Assembly (NCBI GenBank): GCA_965203555.1
Contig: CBDBCY010000002.1
Span: forward strand, 1 to 64,000
Direction of reading: 5' to 3'
Origin: Acidimicrobiia bacterium
GTDB taxonomy: Bacteria; Actinomycetota; Acidimicrobiia; Spongiisociales; ZC4RG35
Length of the DNA: 64,000 nucleotides
The notes beneath the pieces were generated by a model that saw only the letters and a program-made list of their open reading frames with translations, ran no database searches and had not been told where the DNA came from. Position numbers and translations under genes: made by a program. Numbering within the stretch: the stretch's first letter is position 1; each line of letters begins with the position of its first letter. Positions 31,531 to 40,256 of this stretch are shown one piece after another.

Positions 31531-31961
31531 TCGCCTACTTCGATACCTCGGCGATGATCCCGCTTCTCATTGATGAGCCTTTGTCCGGACTCGCGGAACG
31601 CGTCTGGCGCCGGGCATCGTGGGTTGCGAGTGCCCGCGTTTCCTATGTTGAAGCTCGTTCCGGCTTGGCGCGAGCCTGCCGGATGGGACGCATCTCGCCA
31701 GTTGAGTTGAGGGAAGCTGTAGAGGGTCTGAAAAGGCTTCACCGTCAGTTGCACCAAGTGGAGATCACCGCGGACTTGGCGGAAAGAGCCGGCCAGTTGG
31801 CCGAGGAGTTGGCCTTGAGGGCCTGTGACGCTATCCAACTCGCAGCAGCGGCGTCCCTGGACATTGATGACATGGTCGTGGTTACCGGCGATCGAAAACT
31901 GGCGACGGCTGCGCAAACTCTGGGGCTTGCTTCCATCTCCGACCCGGGAACGTCGACATGA
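31527..31961 (+). CDS. vapC: VapC PIN-domain toxin
   Basis: YFDTSA, YVEA, LRACDAIQLAAA, VTGDRKL. Confidence 0.92.
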   Translation: MIAYFDTSAMIPLLIDEPLSGLAERVWRRASWVASARVSYVEARSGLARACRMGRISPVELREAVEGLKRLHRQLHQVEITADLAERAGQLAEELALRACDAIQLAAAASLDIDDMVVVTGDRKLATAAQTLGLASISDPGTST

Positions 31962-32618
31962 ACCCGGCGAACGAGTCGGCTTTCGAGGCTCACATTGCGG
32001 GGTGGCTGGTCGAGCATGGCGGGTACCGGCGGGTCAAGACCGGCAATGTCGGCGGCGAGTCCGACTTCGATCGGGCCGCAGGGGTGGACACAGTGGACCT
32101 ATTCGAGTTCATCACTGCGACCCAGCGAAAGGAGTGGGATCGGCTGGTCGACTCCGGGTACGGCGGAGATCCGGTTCTGGCCCGAGCCAAGTTCGTGCAG
32201 CGGCTGGCTTCGCAACTCGACCGGCGGGGGGACGGTGGATGTGCTGCGACGGGGAGTGGTGGATCGCAACGTGAAGGTCCAGTTGGCATTCTTCAAGCTG
32301 GCACACGGGCTCACGCCCGAATTGATGGAGCGCTACGAGGCCAATATCCTCTCGGTGACACGCCAGCTTCGCTACGAGCCGACCAGCAACAAGACCGTCG
32401 ACCTGGGTTTGTTGATGAACGGTATCCGGGTAGCGACGGCCGAGTTGAAGAACCCGCTGACGGGCCAGGGTGTCGAGCACGCCATCCTCCAGTACCGCAA
32501 GAACCGCGATCCGGCCAACCGCACCCTGGTCCGGGTGGGGATGGTCCATTTCGCAGTCGATCCGCACCTGGTGTCGATGACCACCCATCTGGTCGGCGAT
32601 CAAACCCATTTCAACTAG
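31958..32618 (+). pseudogene. hsdR: Type I restriction subunit R N-terminal fragment, frameshifted and truncated
   Basis: NESAFEAHI...LDRRG, then an extra G in the run at approx. 32226-32231, then TVDVLRRGV...VTRQLRY...VDL...ATAELKNPLTGQ...QY...HFAVD; stops before the helicase domains. Confidence 0.88.
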
Positions 32619-32632
32619 TATCGAATTGGTCG

Positions 32633-34390
32633 ATGAACATCACTGATGGGGGCACTGTTAGGCCGGGTATCCCGCCAAGGGTCGAACGTCGAGAGACCAT
32701 ATCTGAGGTCCTTGATTCATTAGATGGCGAGTTCACGGAGTTCGCCGCTGCTGTAGCACGTGGTGAGTACGTGCTGTGGCTCGGATCCGGTTTGTCAAGA
32801 TCGGTTGTTCCGGATGTCAAGTCGTTGCTTCGTATGATCTTGTCATACCTGCAACGTAGGTTCAACCCCGAGAACGACGGCTGCGCGTTCCGGCAGGCTC
32901 TGTCGGATATTCTCATGATCGCTGGTATTTCGGTTGAGGCCCGAAAGGCCATCGACTTAAGAGAGCCAGTCGAACAGTGGGTTGGTGTAGATGACCTTGT
33001 CGATCGACTGACGGACAAGTACTCGACTGTACTCGATGTCTCGGTCGAAGGTGAGGAGGATGACTTTCTGCTTTGGAAGGCTGTAGATGTACGGACCACC
33101 TATGGCGATGACTGTCTCAAGCCCGACGCAGAGCATCTTTGCCTAGGGATCTTGATCCTTGAGGGGGCGGTTCCAACAGCTGCTACAGCAAATTGGGATG
33201 GCCTCATAGAGTCTGCTGTTTCGCGCCTTGCTGGTGGTGCCAATTCGATTCTACGGGTAATAGTGGCAAGCCGGGAGTTTCGACAAACCAAAGCACGCAG
33301 TGACTTGATCAAGTTTCACGGGTGTGCTGTTAAAGCGGCTCGGGATCCTGATACTTATCGGCCTCTGTTGGTAGCGAGCCAGACTCAGATTTCGCGATGG
33401 GCGAGTCTTTCCCAGAATAGGCTGATACGGGATCGCCTCATAGCCTTGTTCGCGACACAGCCTGCTCTAGTGATTGGGTTGTCGGCCCAGGATGCGAACA
33501 TCCGCGCGGTTCTTAGCGAAGCCGGAGGCAACCTGTCGTGGACATGGCCAGCCTCACCACCGGCGGTGGCCTTTGCGGTCGAGTCTCTCGATTACCACCA
33601 AACTCTGGTTCTCAAACTCATCTACGGTAATAGCTACACAGCCCACCAAACTGCGATCGAGACATCTGCCCGACTCGGAGCGTACGCCAAACCCTTGCTG
33701 CTGGCTTTGGTTTTATTCACCTTGGCGGAGAAGCTCTGTGTTCTGCTCTATTCGTTGCCAGCTTGGAGCGACGCAGATATTGAACGCATGCGGCTGGACA
33801 TTCTCGCGATTCGCAATGCTATCGCCGCTGCTTCAGGCGATGACTTCTTGGGGTTCACTGACCGTCTTAGAGAGGCGGTGAGGTTTCTTCTGTCGACGTT
33901 TCGAACTGGGTCGGCATCGGGGCTTGCCTCAGGGGGCTACGAGGCCTTGACAGCCCAACCTATCCACCGCGCGGAGGATGACCCGAACGTCGACACGGAT
34001 GTCCTTAGGTTTTTCGCAGTCGCCGTGTCTTTGCTAGGCCGCGGTCTAGTCGACAGGGTTTGGGATCTCACAATGGGCAGGAGCGACCGGATAAGTGAGG
34101 GTGTCTGCACTCTTTCGACATCAGATGCCGAACCTTCCCACGTCTTTGTCGTTCAAGACGTTGGAGTATGGTCTAGGTTGGTAGCGTCCGGGGCAGTCTC
34201 TATGAATGACCCGAAGGTGCTGGCCATTCATGCCAAGGAGATCCCACCGAGACAATCACGATCTCCCAGGGTTAGGTACGGCCGGACCGGGAGAACCGAA
34301 AGCCGGGAGGTGTCGATCGAGACTCTTGTGATGTCGACACAGGCGGCAGACGATCTCTTCTCGTCCTTCCGTCGTGAGGCGGCCGTGTGA
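32633..34390 (+). CDS. SIR2-like domain effector (585 aa)
   Basis: LWLGSGLS, TANWDGLIE, LIKFHGC, LVIGLSAQDANI, then a long C-terminal region of unknown fold. Confidence 0.85.
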   Translation: MNITDGGTVRPGIPPRVERRETISEVLDSLDGEFTEFAAAVARGEYVLWLGSGLSRSVVPDVKSLLRMILSYLQRRFNPENDGCAFRQALSDILMIAGISVEARKAIDLREPVEQWVGVDDLVDRLTDKYSTVLDVSVEGEEDDFLLWKAVDVRTTYGDDCLKPDAEHLCLGILILEGAVPTAATANWDGLIESAVSRLAGGANSILRVIVASREFRQTKARSDLIKFHGCAVKAARDPDTYRPLLVASQTQISRWASLSQNRLIRDRLIALFATQPALVIGLSAQDANIRAVLSEAGGNLSWTWPASPPAVAFAVESLDYHQTLVLKLIYGNSYTAHQTAIETSARLGAYAKPLLLALVLFTLAEKLCVLLYSLPAWSDADIERMRLDILAIRNAIAAASGDDFLGFTDRLREAVRFLLSTFRTGSASGLASGGYEALTAQPIHRAEDDPNVDTDVLRFFAVAVSLLGRGLVDRVWDLTMGRSDRISEGVCTLSTSDAEPSHVFVVQDVGVWSRLVASGAVSMNDPKVLAIHAKEIPPRQSRSPRVRYGRTGRTESREVSIETLVMSTQAADDLFSSFRREAAV

Positions 34391-34941
34391 TGGCCTCCGG
34401 TGTGGAGACAGTACTTGCCATCCTCGTTTCGGTCGGGTTCGAACCCTTGCCGAAACCACTCGTGGTGGCAGGGACGACCTTCGAGTTCGATGCCGCGGTC
34501 ACAGGGACGGGGGTATCTCATGACCTGGTTGTGGTTGGCGGTAAAGATGCTGAAGCAGACAGACTGACCCATTTGCTCTCGGGGCTGAGCCTGAGCCTGG
34601 ATCGTTTGGGGTCGTGCCGTCCAGTGAGTCTCGTTCTGCTCGGACCGCGTCCCGACCCCACCCTACTCTCGCACCTTGAAGATCACGCCCGCGTCATGTT
34701 GATCGAGAGCGAGCAGCCAACGGCTGAGGAGGCGAGGGAGGCCGTCGCTGTCTTGCTGCCTCTTCACTTGCCCTCTGCTCGACAGGTCAGCGTTGATCCC
34801 GTGGAAGAGTTGGTAGGGAATCTGGGTGAGAGTGCGTCTGATGAGCACCGCCGAATAATCGGCTTTGCGAACTCTGGATCTGAGGCGGTCCGTAAGGCGC
34901 TCCGCCGATATGTCAACATGTCGTTCGAGGACCTGGGGTAA
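34387..34941 (+). CDS. Hypothetical protein, candidate middle component (LmuC-like position)
   Basis: GTGATG overlap with the SIR2 stop; ends 13 nt before the ATPase start. Confidence 0.75.
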   Translation: MMASGVETVLAILVSVGFEPLPKPLVVAGTTFEFDAAVTGTGVSHDLVVVGGKDAEADRLTHLLSGLSLSLDRLGSCRPVSLVLLGPRPDPTLLSHLEDHARVMLIESEQPTAEEAREAVAVLLPLHLPSARQVSVDPVEELVGNLGESASDEHRRIIGFANSGSEAVRKALRRYVNMSFEDLG

Positions 34942-34954
34942 CAGGAACCCATCG

Positions 34955-37372
34955 ATGTTTGAGCCGATTCTTCGCAGCGTCACGATTTCCAACTTCCGTC
35001 GACTGCGAGGCATGCACAAGATGCCGCTCGACGCCCCGATAGTGCTTATCTTTGGTCGGAACGGAACCGGGAAGACCAGCATCCTGTCAGCGATCGAGCT
35101 GGCCTTAACCGGCGAGATCAAGAGTATGCGGCGCTTGGACAACCGCTACACAGCCCACCTCCCGCGGTACGGTGAGGCGTTCGCTACCCTGAGTGTCGAA
35201 GTCGGTGACCGGAACGGTGCATTGCGGCCTCAGATCGTGATGACGGTTGGGGGCAACGAAATCAAGGGTCCACCGGCACTCTCTCCGGAGGAAGCACAGT
35301 TCTACACAGAACGCGCGTATCTCGACCAGGTTTCGCTCGGACAGCTTCTTGAGCTGTACCAATACACCGAAAGGAACGAGGAGTCCTCCCTCGCTCGGTT
35401 CGTCAATGAGCTTCTTGGTCTTTACCAGCTAGATGCTCTTCGGAGTGGTCTGCTTGACGCTACGCACTTGACCAAGTTCAAGAAGCTTTCTGAGTCTTAC
35501 AAAAATGCCCTAGAAACAGCGAAGGTAACAGAGGGGAAACGGGACGAGGCGAGCGCAGAGCTGGAGGGGAAAAACGCAGAACTGACAGGACTTCGGAGCG
35601 TTCTCCGGCGACTATTGCCAGGAGCGGGCTATGAGATCGAGACCAATGACTGGACAGCCAGCGAAAGACAGGTCAGGGCTTGGTTGGCTAATAACCAGTC
35701 CATGGAAGAGATGGAGGAGGCACAGGAACGAATTCGTTCACTCACAGAACTTGGAGGTCTCATCAAGGGTCTTTCCACCCGAACCGGATTAATACGCCTC
35801 GAAGAGGCAAAAGTGGCTGTTGCTATGGCCGAATCACAGTATGAGTGCTGGCGCAAGGAGTATGAGGGCCCCTTGGCTGACGTCAAGCGAGAGGCCACAA
35901 AGCTCGGTTTCGAATCCGGTATTCCGTCTCAATCCTCCCTTGAGACGGAAATCAAGAGGTGGGATCTCCAACTGGCTCGGCAGCAGGTCAATGCTGACAA
36001 AAGCGCAGAAATGACCGCACGCGTCGCCGATCTTGCCTCGGCGCTCAAAGTACTCGACGGCGAGATCGCTCAGAGAGAGGTCCGCGCCGGCTCCCTAGCC
36101 AGCGGACTCTCTCTGCTTCGAGACGAGGTCACTGATGACCTCTGTCCTTTATGTGACCGCGACTATTCCGAACTCGGAAAGGGCTACCTCCGTGCACACA
36201 TCGAACGGAAGATTAACGAGATCACGACGAAGGGTCGAGAACTCATGGAGTTTAAAGAGCAACATGACTTGGTCCGTATAGAACTCAGGTCAACTCAACA
36301 GGAATTGGCGGCCCTAGAGGGCAAGGACCTCCCTGAGGAGGCGTTGAAGGGCATCGCAAGCCGCATAGCCAAGGCAAAAGCGCTTCGGAGCCGCTTGGAG
36401 TCTCTGGCAGGCGTGATCGAAACCGGAGCCGCGCTTCGCCGCAGAATGCAACAGGCTCGGGCAGATGCCGAAGACATCAAGGGTCTTGAACACCAAACTG
36501 GAGTGGTGATGTCGATGCTCCGGGAACATGCTTCGGCGCTCGGGACAACGACCACACAATCTGACGAGACTATGGAGGAACGGTGGCGGCGTGTGAGCGA
36601 CCTCGCCGCTAAGAGGATGGCTCAGACCAGAAACCGCAAAGAAGCTCGTGATCAAGCCCGCGCAACACTGGCCCGCATCGACGAACTAGAGGAGTTGGCT
36701 AAGCAACTGACCGTGGATATAACACACAGAACACAGGAAAAGCGGAGATGGGACCGGCAAATCGCTGAGGCCGACCGGCGTCGCAGCGTAGCGCTTCAGA
36801 TCCATAAAGCAGCATCCACGACGAGAGAGGCCATTGTCAAGAGAGTCTTCACGGAGTCACTCAACAAAGTTTGGCACGACGTGTTTGTGCGACTTGCTCC
36901 GTCGGAGCCATTCGTACCTGCTTTCGGTATACCGACTTCGACCAAGACGGCGTTGCAGTTGCGACTTGAGACGATTCACCGCTCAGGCGGGAAGGCGGGC
37001 ACCCCAGCGACCATGCTTAGCTCCGGGAATCTTAACACGGCGGCGCTGTCGCTATTTATCGCTCTCCACCTTGCTGTGGAGCCATTGGTGCCATGCTTGG
37101 TATTCGACGACCCCGTTCAGTCGATGGATGAAGTCCATGTTGCTCAGTTAGCTGGACTGCTGAGGGTCTTGTCAAAGCATCACCATCGCCAGATCGTGGT
37201 GGCAGTCCATGAGCGAGAACTGTTCGAGTATCTTGCGCTTGAGTTGAGTCCCGCCTACGAAGGAGATGAATTGATCACAATCGAATTGGGTCACGATGAC
37301 TCCAGTAGGGGTGCAGTCGTGAAGCGGCGGACCTGGACCCCAGATGAAGCCGTGGCTGTCATAGTTCAATGA
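34955..37372 (+). CDS. Rad50/SbcC-like SMC ATPase with zinc hook (805 aa)
   Basis: ISNFR, Walker A GRNGTGKTS, coiled coils with central CPLC, signature LSSGN, Walker B/D-loop LVFDDPVQSMDE, H-loop VAVHE. Confidence 0.92.
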   Translation: MFEPILRSVTISNFRRLRGMHKMPLDAPIVLIFGRNGTGKTSILSAIELALTGEIKSMRRLDNRYTAHLPRYGEAFATLSVEVGDRNGALRPQIVMTVGGNEIKGPPALSPEEAQFYTERAYLDQVSLGQLLELYQYTERNEESSLARFVNELLGLYQLDALRSGLLDATHLTKFKKLSESYKNALETAKVTEGKRDEASAELEGKNAELTGLRSVLRRLLPGAGYEIETNDWTASERQVRAWLANNQSMEEMEEAQERIRSLTELGGLIKGLSTRTGLIRLEEAKVAVAMAESQYECWRKEYEGPLADVKREATKLGFESGIPSQSSLETEIKRWDLQLARQQVNADKSAEMTARVADLASALKVLDGEIAQREVRAGSLASGLSLLRDEVTDDLCPLCDRDYSELGKGYLRAHIERKINEITTKGRELMEFKEQHDLVRIELRSTQQELAALEGKDLPEEALKGIASRIAKAKALRSRLESLAGVIETGAALRRRMQQARADAEDIKGLEHQTGVVMSMLREHASALGTTTTQSDETMEERWRRVSDLAAKRMAQTRNRKEARDQARATLARIDELEELAKQLTVDITHRTQEKRRWDRQIAEADRRRSVALQIHKAASTTREAIVKRVFTESLNKVWHDVFVRLAPSEPFVPAFGIPTSTKTALQLRLETIHRSGGKAGTPATMLSSGNLNTAALSLFIALHLAVEPLVPCLVFDDPVQSMDEVHVAQLAGLLRVLSKHHHRQIVVAVHERELFEYLALELSPAYEGDELITIELGHDDSSRGAVVKRRTWTPDEAVAVIVQ

Positions 37373-37715
37373 TTAGTCAAGGCTAAGGAGAACCGCAGCA
37401 CCAGCGGTCTGTCAGCTGTAGGGTAGCTGGGGGCAAACACGGCGACAACCGGCGTGGAGGACATTACTGAGCAGCACTCGCCCGTTGCTACGCAATCGAA
37501 TTTCATGATCTCCAATCATTTAGGACGCACTGCAGGGGCCGGATGCTAACGTAGCAGAGTACGCCGAAGCAGGCTGGTAGCTGACGTGAGATCACTACCG
37601 TGGTGAAACAGAAGATTGCTGAAAGTATCGACTTAATTACCAGGAGTAATCCAGATCCGAATGGGCAATCGTTCGCATCGCAGGTGATTCCCAAGGGGCC
37701 AAGTTAACGTCCTGA

Positions 37716-39293
37716 CCGGAATTTGGCGGGTCGGGGGGTTTGGTGGGGGGTCATTGGTGTGTTGACCTGGGGTTTTGTGTTGTGAGGGGCTGGTTCCGTA
37801 GGATGTTGTAGTGGCGACATTGTGTTGGTGGGATAGGGTGCAGTCTGCTGGTATTGTGGGATATGTTCGTAAAGACCACCCGCCGTCGAAGGGGCGACAA
37901 GGTATACGAGTACCTGTCGTTGGTGGAATCGGTCCGCAAAGGAACAAAAACCGGTCACCGGACCCTTCTTCGCCTGGGAGAAGTCACCGCTCTGCGCGAA
38001 ACCGGACAACTGGGACGCATCATTTCGGCGTTGGAACGCCACCTGCACAAACAACGCGTCGATATCGACGGGATAGCGGCCGAGCAGGCACCGGCAGCAG
38101 GAGGGGTAGCAGCCGCAGCCGCGGTGTGGGACCACCTGGGTCTCGGCGGGTTCTTCGCCCAAATAGGCAAAAAACGCGGCGCCGAAGCTTTGGAGCATGC
38201 AGTCTTCGCGATGGTGGCCAACCGACTGGTGGATCCCTGTTCCAAACGTCGCCTGCCCGAATGGACAACCGATGACGTGGTCATGCCGGCCGACTGGTCG
38301 GCGCCGTCGCTTGACCAGTACTACCGCGCACTGAACGCCATAGCCGATGTCAAAGCAGAGACCGAGGAGCATCTGTATCGACGGTTGTGCAATTTGACCA
38401 ACCTCAACCTACGGCTGGTGTGCTATGACCTGACGTCCACCTATTTCGAAGGTTCCACCCACAAATCCGACGGGTTTCCGTCGCGAATGTTCGGGTACTC
38501 TCGGGATCATCGCCCGGACCGACCCCAGATCGTGATCGGTCTGTTGTGCACAACCGACGGTATTCCGATAGCCCATCATGTGTTCGCGGGCAACACCAAC
38601 GACGCGTCCACCCTGGCCGAGGTGTTGGGTGATTTGGCCAAGTGGTTCGCGGTGGGCCGGATCTGCGTGGTAGCGGACCGGGGTCTCGATCTGGAGATCG
38701 GCCCAGGCCGTTTCTCTACCACTACAACGAAGACAACCATGACTATGAGAAGCTGCTGGCCGGTCGCTACGTGCTCACCACCAGTCTCACCACCGCCCAA
38801 GCCGACACCACCCAAATCGTGGCCGCCTACCGGCAGTTGCAAACAGTCGAGACCAGGTTCTGGGTCCTCAAAGACTTCCTACGACTGCGACCGGTAAGAC
38901 ACTGGACCGAACAACGGGTCCGCGGGCACGAAGGCAGTCTGTGTTTACGCCGCTCTCATGCAAAACGCTTATCACCCGCGCTCTCACCACAGGCGATGTA
39001 CGGGATCCCGACCTCGACCACCAGCACCTTACCGCCGCCCGGGCACTGAGGATGCTCAATCGTATCCGCCGGGTGAACCTGACCACCAACAAGCACCGGA
39101 TCACGCTCACCACCCGACGCACCCCCCTCCAATCCCGGACCCTCGCCGCTATCGGAGTCGATACCCGCACCTGGGACAAAGCCACCATCACCCAACCCTA
39201 AAAAGGGGTCCAAACCCCCGAATGTAGTGGAAACACCCTTTACGCGTATGCCCCCTGACCTGGGAAAACACCAAACCACCCGCCAAATTCGGG
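37716..39293 (+). mobile_element. IS1634-family insertion sequence (defective), 16-bp TIRs, 5-bp target duplication
   Basis: IRL ccggaatttggcgggt (37716-37731) and IRR acccgccaaattcggg (39278-39293) match 15/16; CCTGA at 37711-37715 and 39294-39298. Confidence 0.9.
37863..39201 (+). pseudogene. IS1634 transposase, internally deleted and frameshifted
   Basis: YEYLSLVESVR, YDLTSTYFEG, GYSRDHRPD, GNTND, VADRG; then GRYVLTT, YRQLQTVE, LRPVRHW...RVRGH in other frames. Confidence 0.9.
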
Positions 39294-39577
39294 CCTGACC
39301 GAATGTCGGTTACTAACGGAGGCGCTCGGGACTCTCCGCGGAATGTGGGTCCTTCACCCACATGTGCCGATGCCGTTATATCAAATGCCGGGAGGGATGG
39401 TGGCCTGAATGGCATGTGCGGCGGCTTTGCTTTGAGATGGTTCCTCCAGGAACGCCGAATCTCCCTCAAGTCACACAGTCCGATGACCAGTCGGAGGGTC
39501 AAGACCTCAATCCGACAACAGGAGTGACACTGCATTTTGCTACCCGTATGGTGACCTGGGAGAACACCCCCTATATC

Positions 39578-39672
39578 TGGCGGAGGCGGACGGGAATCGA
39601 ACCCGCCGGGGGCCTTTTGGCCCCCCACCGGTTTTGAAGACCGGGGAGCCCACCAGGCGCTCGCTCGCCTCC
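39578..39672 (-). tRNA. selC: tRNA-Sec (anticodon UCA)
   Basis: GGAGGCG...CCGGT-CTTCAAA-ACCGG, long variable arm GGGGGCC-AAAA-GGCCCCC, GGTTCGATTCC, CGCCTCC-GCCA; 95 nt. Confidence 0.96.
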
Positions 39673-39705
39673 AATGCGCAAGGGTACCGGAAGGAGGCTG
39701 GTACC

Positions 39706-40137
39706 GTGGATGGGGACATGGATAGACCCTTGAAGAAGCCCGATCAGGTGGCCCTGCGAATCACCGGACTCGTGGACAGGCCCCGGCGGTGGGACTTGGA
39801 GGCAATCGCTGGCCTTTCGGGGCAGGTTGTCGAGGCCGGTGGACGGGGAGTCTCGGCCGGTTCTCTCTTGGAGGCCTGTGGTCCGCGGGGTGGGTATGTG
39901 TCGGTGGAAAGCGAAGACGGGGCATATCGAGCCTCTATCCCGATCGAGGAGTTGTCCGCCAAAGGAGTGGTGATCTACGGGTTGGGTGACGGTCAACTTC
40001 CCCGGGAGAGAGGCGGTCCGTTCCGTATGCTGGTGCCGGGCGGACATACCCTGTGCTGGAATGTGAAGGGGGTGGGGGAGATGCGGGTGACCGCTGAACC
40101 GGAGCCTGACAGCGTACCTGCCAACCCGACTCACTAG
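39706..40137 (+). CDS. Short molybdopterin-dependent oxidoreductase-like protein
   Basis: LRITGLV..P, SEDGAYRASIP, LPRERGGPFRMLVPG, NVKGV; RBS AAGGAGG. Confidence 0.8.
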   Translation: MDGDMDRPLKKPDQVALRITGLVDRPRRWDLEAIAGLSGQVVEAGGRGVSAGSLLEACGPRGGYVSVESEDGAYRASIPIEELSAKGVVIYGLGDGQLPRERGGPFRMLVPGGHTLCWNVKGVGEMRVTAEPEPDSVPANPTH

Positions 40138-40227
40138 GGAGGATCCACGTTTCGGAGAGTGTTGAGGGGTGGGTACTTGCGGATTTTTTAGTGTTTGTTT
40201 TCACAACTTAGCAATATGCGGGATGTT

Positions 40228-40250
40228 TTGTCACACCCCCTGTGCATACT
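40228..40250 (+). promoter_or_regulatory. RecA-NDp/PafBC-like DNA-damage promoter, leaderless
   Basis: TTGTCACAC-N8-CATACT, 6 nt before ATG 40257. Confidence 0.5.
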
Positions 40251-40256
40251 GTAGAC

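Larger units (their letters stand above)
30048..39577. mobile_element. Genomic (defence) island between rdgB and the 3' end of tRNA-Sec
   Basis: Only TA, RM, defence and IS genes; lower-GC core; abuts the tRNA CCA end. No integrase or att duplication seen; left boundary approximate. Confidence 0.7.

Noticed and set aside
31958-34390. 810-aa ORF as a genuine single protein
   Set aside because: It joins about 90 HsdR residues, about 135 off-frame residues and the SIR2 protein through a G-run frameshift, so it was annotated as two units
34955-37372. Housekeeping SbcC or RecN
   Set aside because: No sbcD, atypical composition, coupled to SIR2 in an island
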